A stretch of DNA of 62,513 nucleotides, counting the filler. It is 6 parts of 6 records of this genome, joined end to end, with 100 filler letters (N's around TTAATTAATTAA, not from the genome) between each part and the next. Parts side by side here need not be neighbours in the genome. Positions count along the whole stretch, not along the records: positions 1 to 8,615 come from SRR31156797_3518; positions 8,716 to 17,241 come from SRR31156797_3520; 4 more parts are not named here. The stretch is one strand, 5' to 3'. Positions 1-9,436 of this stretch are shown one piece after another. The position numbers and the translations under genes are program-made. The notes under the pieces are model-generated. The model searched no databases. It saw only the letters and a program-made list of their open reading frames with translations, and was not told the origin of the DNA. Position 1 is the first letter of the stretch. The number at the start of each line of letters is the position of its first letter.

Positions 1-30
1 AGTAGGAAGTAGGAAGTAGGAAGTAGGAAG
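1..30. repeat. 7-bp tandem repeat (AGTAGGA)x4, truncated by the window edge
   Basis: Reads agtagga-agtagga-agtagga-agtagga-ag directly. Confidence 0.9.
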
Positions 31-69
31 AAAGATTTGGTGAGATGATTTTTGAAGTGTGTGAAGGAG

Positions 70-150
70 GCGACTGAAGCGAACGGAGCGAATAAAGCGA
101 TGTTGGCGACTTAAGCGACTTTGGCAATTTAGGATAACCAGGCGACTTTA
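70..150. repeat. Degenerate 9-bp tandem repeat (GCGACTTAA-like) x9
   Basis: gcgactgaa gcgaacgga gcgaataaa gcgatgttg gcgacttaa gcgactttg gcaatttag gataaccag gcgacttta. Confidence 0.75.
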
Positions 151-223
151 AGGAAGAAAGCGTATAGGGCAATGTGAGAGTTGGGCTTGGTGCGGGAAAC
201 AGGAATTGGTTTTTGGCTATAGG

Positions 224-300
224 TGACAATAAATGACGTGAAGAATTGACAATAAATGACGCAAAGCAAATGACCGCCAATGACCATCATTGACCACAAA
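224..300. repeat. TGAC-containing repeats at ~10-bp spacing
   Basis: TGAC at 224, 234, 247, 257, 271, 281, 291; tgacaataaatgacg occurs twice. Confidence 0.7.
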
Positions 301-362
301 TAATAATCAATAGCCCAATAACTGATTAACTAAATAAATTAAAAACAAATAACCAATCCCCC

Positions 363-725
363 ATGGCAGATCATAATGAAACCGGAATAAAAGGGGAAGA
401 ACTTGCGGAAAAATACCTCCGAAATGCGGGCTACGAAATCCTGGAAACCAACTGGCATTTCGGGAAAAATGAAATCGACATCATTGCCAGAGATGGTGAG
501 TTTCTCGTAATCGTGGAAGTTAAAACCCGGCGTACGGCCAACTTTGGAGAACCCGAAGAATTCGTAACCCGAGCCAAACAACGATCACTGATCAAGGCCG
601 CCAATGGTTACATCGAAAAACAGGATATTGATCTGGAAACCCGTTTTGATATTGTAAGCGTTCTCTATCACGGTAGTTCCTACACCGTCAAACAGATCAA
701 AGATGCTTTTTATCCATTGGTTTAA
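363..725 (+). CDS. yraN: YraN family protein (UPF0102, PD-(D/E)XK fold)
   Basis: GxxGE..A..YL...GY.IL..NW, EIDIIA, VEVKTR and RFD motifs; 120 aa. Confidence 0.93.
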   Translation: MADHNETGIKGEELAEKYLRNAGYEILETNWHFGKNEIDIIARDGEFLVIVEVKTRRTANFGEPEEFVTRAKQRSLIKAANGYIEKQDIDLETRFDIVSVLYHGSSYTVKQIKDAFYPLV

Positions 726-741
726 ATTAAAAATACTGGTT

Positions 742-1734
742 ATGAAATCATCCTATAGAATCTTTTTCCTTTGCATTTTGTCTTTTTTTATGCAACTCAG
801 CGGTATTTCCCAAAACCAGCAACTGATGGTTTTTACGGCTTACCAGGGTTTTAATTCGCGGTTGTATGTGATGGATGCCGGCGGCAATGTGGAACATTAT
901 CACGAATACGTGAATTATCGGTTGCAGGATATGACAGTGATAAACAACGAGGTGTATGTTACCGATGCATTTATTCCATGCATATACAAAGTGGACGTAA
1001 TTACCGGGGAGTTGGAACTGATTGTTCACGACTTGTGGTTGTTTTATTTCTATGGGTTGGCCTGGGATGGGGCCTATTTTTATGTGGATGAGTGGGACCT
1101 CAACAGATATAACATTTTAGGTGAGAAAGACGGCACTGCTGATTTTGATGATGAAGTGATGGGAGCCACTTTTGCCAATGGATTTTACTGGATGCTGAAC
1201 TATGAAAGTGAAATTAAATGTTGGGATTTTTCAGGGTGGCCGGATTTGATTGAAATTCCTGACCAGGGCTTTTCCCCGCCATCACCGGATTGCCGCGGAT
1301 TATGGTTTGATGGCGAAAAACTTTGGACGGCTGAATCGGTGGAAGGAGCTCTGGGATCGATTTACAGTTTTGATTTCGAGGGACAGGTGCTGGGCCAATG
1401 GACTGCCCCCGCATTTAAAGGTTGGGCGGCCTGCCGGGTAGATACTCCGCTAGAAATCAGGAAAAAAAAACATCCATCATTTCAAGTAGAAATATTCCCA
1501 AACCCGGCTGATGATTTACTAAATATTGCGTTTAATCTGGAGGAATCAGGTAAGATAAATGTTCAGTTGTTTGATGTGTCCGGATATTTAGTTGAAGAGT
1601 TTCTGTGTACATTTCCATCGTCAGGAAAGCAAACCTTTAACTGGCTCATAAACGCTTCTATTCAACCTGGAAATTACATCATGAGAATTGTGAAGGGGAA
1701 AAACGAAATCCGGCAACAGATTGTGATTCAATAA
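742..1734 (+). CDS. Secreted beta-propeller-like protein with T9SS type A C-terminal sorting domain
   Basis: Signal peptide from ATG 742 (MKSSYRIFFLC...); repeated GLAWDG/GLWFDG blades; C-terminal IFPNPA...GNYIMRI...IVIQ. Confidence 0.75.
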   Translation: MKSSYRIFFLCILSFFMQLSGISQNQQLMVFTAYQGFNSRLYVMDAGGNVEHYHEYVNYRLQDMTVINNEVYVTDAFIPCIYKVDVITGELELIVHDLWLFYFYGLAWDGAYFYVDEWDLNRYNILGEKDGTADFDDEVMGATFANGFYWMLNYESEIKCWDFSGWPDLIEIPDQGFSPPSPDCRGLWFDGEKLWTAESVEGALGSIYSFDFEGQVLGQWTAPAFKGWAACRVDTPLEIRKKKHPSFQVEIFPNPADDLLNIAFNLEESGKINVQLFDVSGYLVEEFLCTFPSSGKQTFNWLINASIQPGNYIMRIVKGKNEIRQQIVIQ

Positions 1735-1818
1735 CCCTTTAAAACCTAACCTGCATTTTTCATGCAGGCTAAAACACTAAATTGTGCCTTCCGGGTGGTG
1801 TACGAGACAAAAATCTTG

Positions 1819-1826
1819 TACATTTG
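1819..1826 (+). promoter_or_regulatory. Bacteroidota -7 promoter element (TAnnTTTG)
   Basis: TACATTTG just upstream of an in-frame TTG at 1850. Confidence 0.5.
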
Positions 1827-1849
1827 AGGAAATTTATCAGCGAGGTTTT

Positions 1850-4800
1850 TTGGAAAAAAACAACAGTCAAAATCAGGAAATTCAGGGTGGAGAAAAACGA
1901 ACAGATCAACCCACCAAAACCAAAAAGAAAAAGCGCAACCGGCGATTGATTTATTCATTGTCTGTAATTGCGATCTTGTTCCTGGTTATATTCCCATTAT
2001 TGATCAACTTTTATGCTGATATCATTGTAGGGCGTACCATCAGCGAAATCGTGCGAATGGAAAGCAACGGCAAATACGAGCTGACCTTCGATGATGTGGG
2101 CCTGAATGTTTTCAGCAGGGATATCAGTTTTAAAGGTGTAAATCTGCATCCTGACAATGCGGACTCACCAAAGGATTCCACAAACCTGATATCAGTCCAA
2201 ATTCCCGATTTACATTTGAAAGGTGCCAGTTGGATTAGGTCGGTCTGGAAGCGTGAACTAATTATTAAGCAGTTATCGATTCATAACCCAGTAGTTATTT
2301 ACAACGGAAAAAAAACAAGTAAGGATTCACTTTCCAGGCAAATAAACTTTGATCAAAATAAGCTGCAAACACATATCAAAAGATACCTGGACTTACTGAA
2401 AATTGAATCATTCGAACTCAGCCAGGGGTCGCTTACCATTGATGTCTTGAATCGGGGTATTGAGGAAAAATTTGAGTTTCATGATTTTTCAATCCGCATC
2501 ACTGAGTTTCACCTGGATTCTGTTTCACAAACAGGACACGAAAGGTTCTTTTTTTCAGATAGCCTTGGCATACGGTTGGATGATGGTAGATTTTTTTATC
2601 AGCGGGGTCCGGTAATGGTTAACTTTTCCCATCTTGATATTTCCACAGGCAAAGATCAGCTTAGCATCAAAAACATCAGTTTTGTGCAGGAAAAAGATTC
2701 GGTAAACATGCTGAAATTTGAGATTCCGGAATTGTTGGTGCGTGGTTTTCAGGTTCAGGATATTGTTGAAGCCGAAAACTTAAAGTTGGATGAAATTGCT
2801 TTTACGGAGCCAAACTTCTTATTAAACCTGCATCACCGGCAGCAGCAGCATGAAACATCACTGGATTCGTTAACACAGAAAATATATCATGCTGTAGCAA
2901 TGCAATTTAATTCAGTGGAGGTTAAGAAAATTACATTATCCAAAGCTGGACTATTGATTCCAAAGCCTTCAGAAAAAATTGGGGAGATTCGCGTGCCTGA
3001 CTTCGACCTGACGCTCCACAGGCTGTTCATTGATTCTTCTTCTTTTGAAACCCGCAGGAAATTTTTTTTCCTGGACAATGTGGTTTTTATGAGCCATGGA
3101 CAATCGCTTGCACTGAAAGATAAAGGCCTGGAGGTTTCGTATGGCAAACTTTCATTCAACTCCGGGTTGAGCCGGATGCGTCTGAATGATGTAAAAATTA
3201 TAAAAGCCAATCCTGCACCAGTTGAAAAACTTACCATGAATTTTCCGGAAATTAAACTGGTTGGCAAGGATTTTAAAAATGACCTGATGGCCAGGTCCGT
3301 TAACCTGATTTCACTGGTGCTCAACAATCCGGAATTGACCTTGCAGATGAGGCCGGGCAAAGGCAAAAACAAGATTGATTTTCAAAATCTGTATCCCCTC
3401 ATTCAGGGTACGCTCGAATCGATCGAAATTCAGGATTTAAGGATTAATTCAGCCAACATTGAACTGGCTCTGGGTGAAATGGCCCATCCGGAGATAGCGG
3501 TTTCAGGCGAATTTGATTTCAGGTTTAACCAATTCCAGTTGGATAAACTGAGTACGAAAAGGAATGAAATATTGTATTCCGGGAATGTTGGTGTTGATGG
3601 CTATAATGTAAAGCTGGACTTAAAAGCACCCGGATATTTTGCCAGGGTTGATAAATTATCAGCCGATACCCGGACTTCCAAAATGACCCTTACAGGTATA
3701 TCGATCGATACAATAACCGGAAGCAATAAGCCCTTTGCAGCTGTTATTAATTCAGAAATTATAAACCTTTCGGGGATCGATTACAATGCGATTTATCATA
3801 ACAAAGGATATTTTGTTGATTCTTTTGAGGTGTTTAAGCCTGATATCACACTGATAAAAAACTTTAAAACACAGGATGTTTCTGGTTCAAATCCTGCAAA
3901 GCAGGCCCCAAATTATTTCCTTGGCAGGATAAAAATCACGCGGGGGCAGTTTAGGTATGTTGATGCAACTACTACAGGAAATCCCATCGAAGTGAATCAA
4001 TTTGACTTACTTTTGGATAGCCTCAGCCCAACTGCTATCAATCCCAATTTCACATTGCTGGATGCATCATTGCAGGGGATTTCGGTTCCGCTCGATGATT
4101 TTAAACATGTTGCTTATGCCGGTAATTTAGATATCTCATCTGCTGATTCAACAGTGTTGATGAAAGAATTATCCTTAAACCCAATTGAAACGTATTCAGG
4201 TAATCAATCATTAGAGGTCAGGCTTCCTCAGGTTTTGGTGTGTAAAATCCCTTTGTTGGAATTTTATCATGATAATGCCCTAAAGGCGCATAAACTCCTG
4301 GTGGATAGGCCTGAGGTTAAAATTTCAACCCGGGTACACGAAATGGAGCCAGGATCATTTCATGATTTCAATCCGGAGATCGTTAAATCAGAATTGATGA
4401 AGCAATTTTCGGTTGTAAGCTTTGATTCGCTGATGGTTTCAGAAATGGATTTTATTACGGAAAGTGCGCAGGATACCACGGCCAATACCATTGCCCTGAA
4501 AGGAGTAAATCTATTAGTTTTGGATTTTGAGGTGGATGAGTCGGTTTCCATGACAAACGAAAATCTCCTGTTTGCTTCTGATATCAGCATCATCATCGAT
4601 AGCGTCACAAGGCTCTCAGCCAATAAAGACCGCTTAACACTATCCGATTTCGATTTGTCGACAGCCGGAAAATCTTTTTCTGTAAAGTCGATACAATACT
4701 ATTCAAATGATGATATGCAAAACAGCAGTGATGCGGCCCTTGATTTTGGTTCCATATCCTCAGGTGGTATTGATTATTTTGAGTTGGTTGTGGGAAAGCG

Positions 4801-6241
4801 AATCAGCCTTGATGTTCTGGAAATAGACAGGCCCGATTTGGTTTTTAACCAAAAACGAAAAGACAAGGTCAGGCCATCCTCTGGCTCCCAGCCGCTGGAC
4901 TTATATGAAATGATCTCAGGCCATTTCCACGAAGTTCGGGCAAAAGATATCAGGCTTAATAAATTAAAACTGAAAATCACCGAAAACGAACGCCCCCATA
5001 AGAGTTCGTACCTGTTTGAACAGATAGACTTCAGGCTCAAACACATCCTGATCGATTCATCGAACCGCATATTTGGAAACCGATTTTTTTATTCGGAGGA
5101 CCTGGATTTTACCATTCACAATTTCAGGGAAACCAGTGCTGACAGCTTGTATGATTTTGGGGCATCAACAATACGGTTCAAAAGCAGCAATGCAATCCTG
5201 AAAGTAGATAGCGGATACCTGCATCCAAACTTCAGCGATTCAGTTTTTGCTGCCAGGGTAGGTGTTCAAACAGACAGGCTTGAATTTGTTTTTGACAGTT
5301 TAACACTCAACCAATTTCGCCTGCTCGATTTTATTCAGGACCGGAGCCTGTATGTTGGGTTGGCTGAAGTGGACGGGATTCGGGGTAATGATTACCGAAG
5401 TAAGCTGTATCCATTCCCTGAAAACCACTTCCCAAAACTCCCGGCATCAGCCCTTAAGAACCTGAATTTTTCGCTGCGTATTGATACGGTAATGATCCGA
5501 AATTCCTACTTTACATATCGTGAATACCGTCCACCGGCACTTCAGCCCGGCGAAATCTGGTTTTCAGATATCAACATCCAGGGAAGAAATATCACTAACG
5601 ACACAGCCAGTATTAGCCGGAATCAATTCATGCGCTTTAATGCCTCAGCCAGGTTAATGGGTACGGCAGGCCTTGGTTTGAATCTTGAATTTGATCTGGA
5701 CCACCATAATGATTACTACAGGGCTAACGGGATTCTGAATAATTTCGACATGACTGTCCTGAACCCAATTCTTGAGCATATTGCCTTTGTGAAAGTTACA
5801 AAAGGCCGCAATCATATGCTGGAATTTTTCTATGAAGCTGATGACGATGTTGCAAAAGGAAATATGTCGTTCGAATACAAGAAACTCCACATCAGGCTTA
5901 TCGACAAAAAAACGCTTCGGATGAGAGGGTTTGGTGAAACGGTTGCTTCGTTTATTGCTAACACGTTTGTGGTGCGGCGAAATAACCCGAAGTTCCTGAT
6001 ATTTAAAAGGAAAGGTGATATTTACTTCAGCAGGGACAAGCAAAAGTCGTTTTTTAATTACCTTACAAAATCTACGCTCAGCGGTGTTAATTCCACCATC
6101 AGGGGTGTGAATGAAGAACGCAAAGAAAAACGGAGAAAGCGAGAAATGGAGCGGCAAGTTCGTAAGGAAGGCAGGTTAGATGACAGGTACATGAGGGAGT
6201 TGAACCGTGAGAAGAAATCTAAATCTCAACCGCCTGAATAA
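1850..6241 (+). CDS. Large AsmA/DUF748-like membrane-anchored beta-rich protein
   Basis: Basic patch plus single N-terminal TM helix; repeated amphipathic beta-strand units; C-terminal SFIANTFVVRRNNP...KSFFNYLTKS segment. Start moved from GTG 1784 to TTG 1850 because of the promoter position. Confidence 0.65.
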   Translation: MEKNNSQNQEIQGGEKRTDQPTKTKKKKRNRRLIYSLSVIAILFLVIFPLLINFYADIIVGRTISEIVRMESNGKYELTFDDVGLNVFSRDISFKGVNLHPDNADSPKDSTNLISVQIPDLHLKGASWIRSVWKRELIIKQLSIHNPVVIYNGKKTSKDSLSRQINFDQNKLQTHIKRYLDLLKIESFELSQGSLTIDVLNRGIEEKFEFHDFSIRITEFHLDSVSQTGHERFFFSDSLGIRLDDGRFFYQRGPVMVNFSHLDISTGKDQLSIKNISFVQEKDSVNMLKFEIPELLVRGFQVQDIVEAENLKLDEIAFTEPNFLLNLHHRQQQHETSLDSLTQKIYHAVAMQFNSVEVKKITLSKAGLLIPKPSEKIGEIRVPDFDLTLHRLFIDSSSFETRRKFFFLDNVVFMSHGQSLALKDKGLEVSYGKLSFNSGLSRMRLNDVKIIKANPAPVEKLTMNFPEIKLVGKDFKNDLMARSVNLISLVLNNPELTLQMRPGKGKNKIDFQNLYPLIQGTLESIEIQDLRINSANIELALGEMAHPEIAVSGEFDFRFNQFQLDKLSTKRNEILYSGNVGVDGYNVKLDLKAPGYFARVDKLSADTRTSKMTLTGISIDTITGSNKPFAAVINSEIINLSGIDYNAIYHNKGYFVDSFEVFKPDITLIKNFKTQDVSGSNPAKQAPNYFLGRIKITRGQFRYVDATTTGNPIEVNQFDLLLDSLSPTAINPNFTLLDASLQGISVPLDDFKHVAYAGNLDISSADSTVLMKELSLNPIETYSGNQSLEVRLPQVLVCKIPLLEFYHDNALKAHKLLVDRPEVKISTRVHEMEPGSFHDFNPEIVKSELMKQFSVVSFDSLMVSEMDFITESAQDTTANTIALKGVNLLVLDFEVDESVSMTNENLLFASDISIIIDSVTRLSANKDRLTLSDFDLSTAGKSFSVKSIQYYSNDDMQNSSDAALDFGSISSGGIDYFELVVGKRISLDVLEIDRPDLVFNQKRKDKVRPSSGSQPLDLYEMISGHFHEVRAKDIRLNKLKLKITENERPHKSSYLFEQIDFRLKHILIDSSNRIFGNRFFYSEDLDFTIHNFRETSADSLYDFGASTIRFKSSNAILKVDSGYLHPNFSDSVFAARVGVQTDRLEFVFDSLTLNQFRLLDFIQDRSLYVGLAEVDGIRGNDYRSKLYPFPENHFPKLPASALKNLNFSLRIDTVMIRNSYFTYREYRPPALQPGEIWFSDINIQGRNITNDTASISRNQFMRFNASARLMGTAGLGLNLEFDLDHHNDYYRANGILNNFDMTVLNPILEHIAFVKVTKGRNHMLEFFYEADDDVAKGNMSFEYKKLHIRLIDKKTLRMRGFGETVASFIANTFVVRRNNPKFLIFKRKGDIYFSRDKQKSFFNYLTKSTLSGVNSTIRGVNEERKEKRRKREMERQVRKEGRLDDRYMRELNREKKSKSQPPE

Positions 6242-6887
6242 TTTCGCTGGAATTGTTTTTTGGCGAATTTACCAGGTTTGAAATCCTGTAGGCGTCCATC
6301 TCGCTGGCCGGATAGGGTCGGATCAATCCCAAAAGTTCGCCCTGGTTATTTGAGTCCAGCCAGGTTTTCTCATTTTCTTTGGAAAGTATCACCGGCATCC
6401 GAGCATGAATTTCGGCCATCAATTCATTTGGGGAAATGGTGACAATCGAAAATGAACGGATTAATTCACCTTCAGGTGATTTCCAGGTTTCCCAAATACC
6501 GGCAATCGAAAATATGGGTTGATCTTTTAGAAAAATCCTGTATGGTATTTTTTCCTTGCTGTCTTCAAATCTTTTCCACTCGTAAAATGCATCTGCAGGA
6601 ACAAGGCACCTTCGTTTTTTAAAAGCATTTTTGAATGACGCCTTTTCTGTAATGGTTTCCCCCCGGGCGTTTATCATTTTATATCCGATCTTTTTATCCT
6701 TGGCCCAAAACGGGATAAGTCCCCAACGGTATTTGCTTAGTTTTTCACTGCTGTCGTTGCTGATCACCGGCAATTGCTGGCTCGGAGCACAATTGTAGTT
6801 TTCGTCCAGATCGTTATCATTAACAGTAATGTCGTAATGCTCATTTACGATTTTAAGTTCCGGTGCAAATGAATATCTTCCACACAT
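6219..6887 (-). CDS. SOS response-associated peptidase (SRAP/YedK/HMCES family, abasic-site protection)
   Basis: N-terminal MCGRY; WGLIP, INARGET, RRCLVPADAFYEW and IHARMPVIL motifs. Confidence 0.95.
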   Translation of the reverse strand: MCGRYSFAPELKIVNEHYDITVNDNDLDENYNCAPSQQLPVISNDSSEKLSKYRWGLIPFWAKDKKIGYKMINARGETITEKASFKNAFKKRRCLVPADAFYEWKRFEDSKEKIPYRIFLKDQPIFSIAGIWETWKSPEGELIRSFSIVTISPNELMAEIHARMPVILSKENEKTWLDSNNQGELLGLIRPYPASEMDAYRISNLVNSPKNNSSEIIQAVEI

Positions 6888-6921
6888 GTCGAAAAAGGTT
6901 ATTTTGTTATTAGTAATTCGT

Positions 6922-6980
6922 AACCCGCCTATGGTGAGGCAAGTTCACAACCCACCTGCTGCGAGGCAAGCTCAAAACCT
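6922..6980. repeat. Two 27-bp tandem units, each with a small CCT..AGG hairpin (REP-like)
   Basis: aacccgcctatggtgaggcaagttcac / aacccacctgctgcgaggcaagctcaa. Confidence 0.6.
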
Positions 6981-7067
6981 GTGATTCTAAATTTGTTATT
7001 CCAAACCCTTGAATTTTCCTTGTCAACAATTGTAAACATTTCAACCTATGAACAAGTAAATCAGCCG

Positions 7068-7099
7068 TTTGTTAGAAAACCAAATTAAGGCTACTTTTG
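7068..7099 (+). promoter_or_regulatory. Bacteroidota housekeeping promoter for ahcY
   Basis: -33 TTTG at 7068-7071, 20-bp spacer, -7 TACTTTTG at 7092-7099. Confidence 0.7.
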
Positions 7100-7139
7100 C
7101 AGCCGTTTTTCGAAAATATTAATATTTAATCCTATCAGA

Positions 7140-8567
7140 ATGGAAAACTTAGTGATTGACGCTAACATGAAGTACAAAGTTAAGGATATCTCCCTCGCCG
7201 AATGGGGCAGGAAAGAAATTGGGATAGCCGAAAAAGAAATGCCCGGCCTGATGGCTGTGCGTGAAAAGTATGCTGCTGAAAAACCACTCAATGGTGTGCG
7301 TGTTAGTGGTTCTTTACATATGACAGTGCAAACTGCTGTTTTAATCGAAACGCTTGTTGAACTTGGCGCTGACGTGCGCTGGGCAAGCTGTAATATTTTT
7401 TCAACCCAGGATCATGCTGCAGCTGCAATTGCAGAAAGCGGTGTCCCTGTTTTTGCCTGGAAAGGCGAAACCCTTGAAGAATACTGGTGGTGTACAAACC
7501 AGGCGCTTTCATTTCCCGGCGGAAAAGGCCCGGAACTGATTGTTGATGACGGTGGTGATGCCACGCTCCTGATTCACAAAGGAAAAGCCATTGAAGATAA
7601 TCCTGATTTGTTAAAAGCAGAACCTGGAAATGCTGAGGAAAATGCAGTTTTGAGTTTGCTTCAGCAAATCTATGTTGAGGATTCAACGAAATGGAATCGT
7701 ACAGCCAACGACTGGAAAGGCGTTTCTGAAGAAACCACAACCGGCGTACATCGCCTCTATCAGATGAAAGAAAGAGGGGAGTTACTGGTTCCTGCCATCA
7801 ACGTTAACGACTCTGTTACAAAATCCAAATTTGATAATCTTTATGGTTGCCGCGAATCGCTGGCCGATGGTATTAAGCGTGCTACTGACGTGATGATTGC
7901 CGGGAAAGTGGTGGTTGTTCTGGGTTATGGCGATGTGGGCAAAGGCTCAGCAAAATCAATGAAATCATACGGTGCAAGGGTGATCGTTACCGAAATCGAT
8001 CCCATTTGTGCACTCCAGGCAGCCATGGAAGGTTTTGAGGTTACCACAATTGATGAAGCACTTAAAGAAGGTCAGATTTTTGTAACCACTACCGGTAACA
8101 AAGATGTGATTACCCTTGAGCATATGAAGCAGATGAAAGACGAAGCCATTGTTTGTAACATCGGGCATTTCGATAATGAAATCCAGGTGGAGAAACTTGA
8201 TTCGGATCCATCGGTAACCAAGGAAAATATCAAACCCCAGGTTGACAGGTATCGTTTTGAAAACGGCAACGCAATTTACCTGCTTGCAGAGGGCCGTCTT
8301 GTGAATTTAGGTTGTGCTACCGGCCATCCATCATTTGTGATGAGTAATTCATTCACGAACCAGACACTGGCACAGATCGACCTTTGGAAAAACAAAGATG
8401 TTTACGACATTGATGTTTATCGTTTACCAAAGTATCTTGATGAGGAAGTAGCCCGGTTGCATCTTGAACAACTCGGTGTGAAACTTACGAAAATGACTGA
8501 CGATCAGTCAAATTATTTAGGCGTTCCTGTTGATGGGCCATATAAGCCGGAGCATTACAGATATTAA
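7140..8567 (+). CDS. ahcY: Adenosylhomocysteinase (SAH hydrolase)
   Basis: [47 protein letters not shown] motifs; C-terminal YKPEHYRY. Confidence 0.99.
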   Translation: MENLVIDANMKYKVKDISLAEWGRKEIGIAEKEMPGLMAVREKYAAEKPLNGVRVSGSLHMTVQTAVLIETLVELGADVRWASCNIFSTQDHAAAAIAESGVPVFAWKGETLEEYWWCTNQALSFPGGKGPELIVDDGGDATLLIHKGKAIEDNPDLLKAEPGNAEENAVLSLLQQIYVEDSTKWNRTANDWKGVSEETTTGVHRLYQMKERGELLVPAINVNDSVTKSKFDNLYGCRESLADGIKRATDVMIAGKVVVVLGYGDVGKGSAKSMKSYGARVIVTEIDPICALQAAMEGFEVTTIDEALKEGQIFVTTTGNKDVITLEHMKQMKDEAIVCNIGHFDNEIQVEKLDSDPSVTKENIKPQVDRYRFENGNAIYLLAEGRLVNLGCATGHPSFVMSNSFTNQTLAQIDLWKNKDVYDIDVYRLPKYLDEEVARLHLEQLGVKLTKMTDDQSNYLGVPVDGPYKPEHYRY

Positions 8568-8587
8568 AAATTGTTTCGATAAATCAT

Positions 8588-8615
8588 AAAAAAAGGCTGA
8601 TACAAATTTGTATCA
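8588..8615 (+). terminator. Probable rho-independent terminator, truncated at contig end
   Basis: A-tract then ggctgatacaa-a-tttgtatca hairpin directly after ahcY. Confidence 0.6.
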
Positions 8616-8715
8616 NNNNNNNNNNNNNNNNNNNNNNNNNNNNNNNNNNNNNNNNNNNNTTAATTAATTAANNNNNNNNNNNNNNNNNNNNNNNNNNNNN
8701 NNNNNNNNNNNNNNN
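8616..8715. other. Artificial contig linker
   Basis: N-run + TTAATTAATTAA (stop in all six frames) + N-run; sharp GC change across it. Confidence 0.98.
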
Positions 8716-8716
8716 G

Positions 8717-9382
8717 GACGGCGTGCTGGCCGGCTGTGCCCATATTCACGCGCTTTGCGACGAGGCTTATTTCGGCGTCAAGGGGTCGGGCGCCATCGAA
8801 CTGCACGATCCGGAACAGGGTTTCAGAACCGTGCCGATCGAACCCGGAACGTATGTTCAGTTTCCGCCGGGAACCCTGCATCGCTCGGTCTGTTACGAAG
8901 ACTTCGAAGTGGTCGCGGTGATGGGAAATTCCGGCCTTCCCGAACGCGGCGACGCGCGCATCTATTTCGGGCCGGAGGTCGATGCCGATCCGGACGAGTT
9001 CGAACGGCTGAAAGGATTGGCCGCCGAAGGCATGGACGGCGCCCTGGCCCGGCGCGATGCCTCGAGTGAAGGTTATGGCCGCCTTTGCCGATTGTGGGAA
9101 ACCGACCGCGCCGCTTATGTCGCCGAGCTGCGGCGGTTCCTGGATTGCCACAGGGCCAGCCTGGTCGAACGCCGCGAGGAATTGGAAGGCGTCGTGCGCG
9201 ACGGCCCGCTGAGCTGGGCCCAGGATAGCCTTGGCCGCATCGCGGCCTTGCCGTCAAAAGCAAACGGCGGAGCCATCCAGCGGGGCGAAGCCGGCAGCGA
9301 CGGCGTCAAGCTCGGCATGTGCGGATTGCTGCGGCAGGTAAACGATCTTTCGGTTTTGGGTGCGACCGGCAGCGGGAATTGA
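8717..9382 (+). CDS. Cupin-domain protein, 5' truncated
   Basis: HIH...EAY..V.G.G and PPGTLHR cupin metal motifs. Confidence 0.75.
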   Translation, partial: DGVLAGCAHIHALCDEAYFGVKGSGAIELHDPEQGFRTVPIEPGTYVQFPPGTLHRSVCYEDFEVVAVMGNSGLPERGDARIYFGPEVDADPDEFERLKGLAAEGMDGALARRDASSEGYGRLCRLWETDRAAYVAELRRFLDCHRASLVERREELEGVVRDGPLSWAQDSLGRIAALPSKANGGAIQRGEAGSDGVKLGMCGLLRQVNDLSVLGATGSGN

Positions 9383-9436
9383 GGCCGGCGGCGGGGTCGC
9401 CGCAAAACAAGAACAATAATCTTGGAGTCGGGGGAG

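Noticed and set aside
6219-6241. 23-bp convergent overlap of the AsmA-like and SRAP genes
   Set aside because: Short 3' overlaps of convergent genes are common
6888-7139. SAH or SAM riboswitch upstream of ahcY
   Set aside because: No recognisable riboswitch core, and the promoter lies only ~40 nt before the start codon
8616-8715. TTAATTAATTAA palindrome repeated five times in the window
   Set aside because: Always embedded in identical N-runs; an artificial six-frame-stop linker
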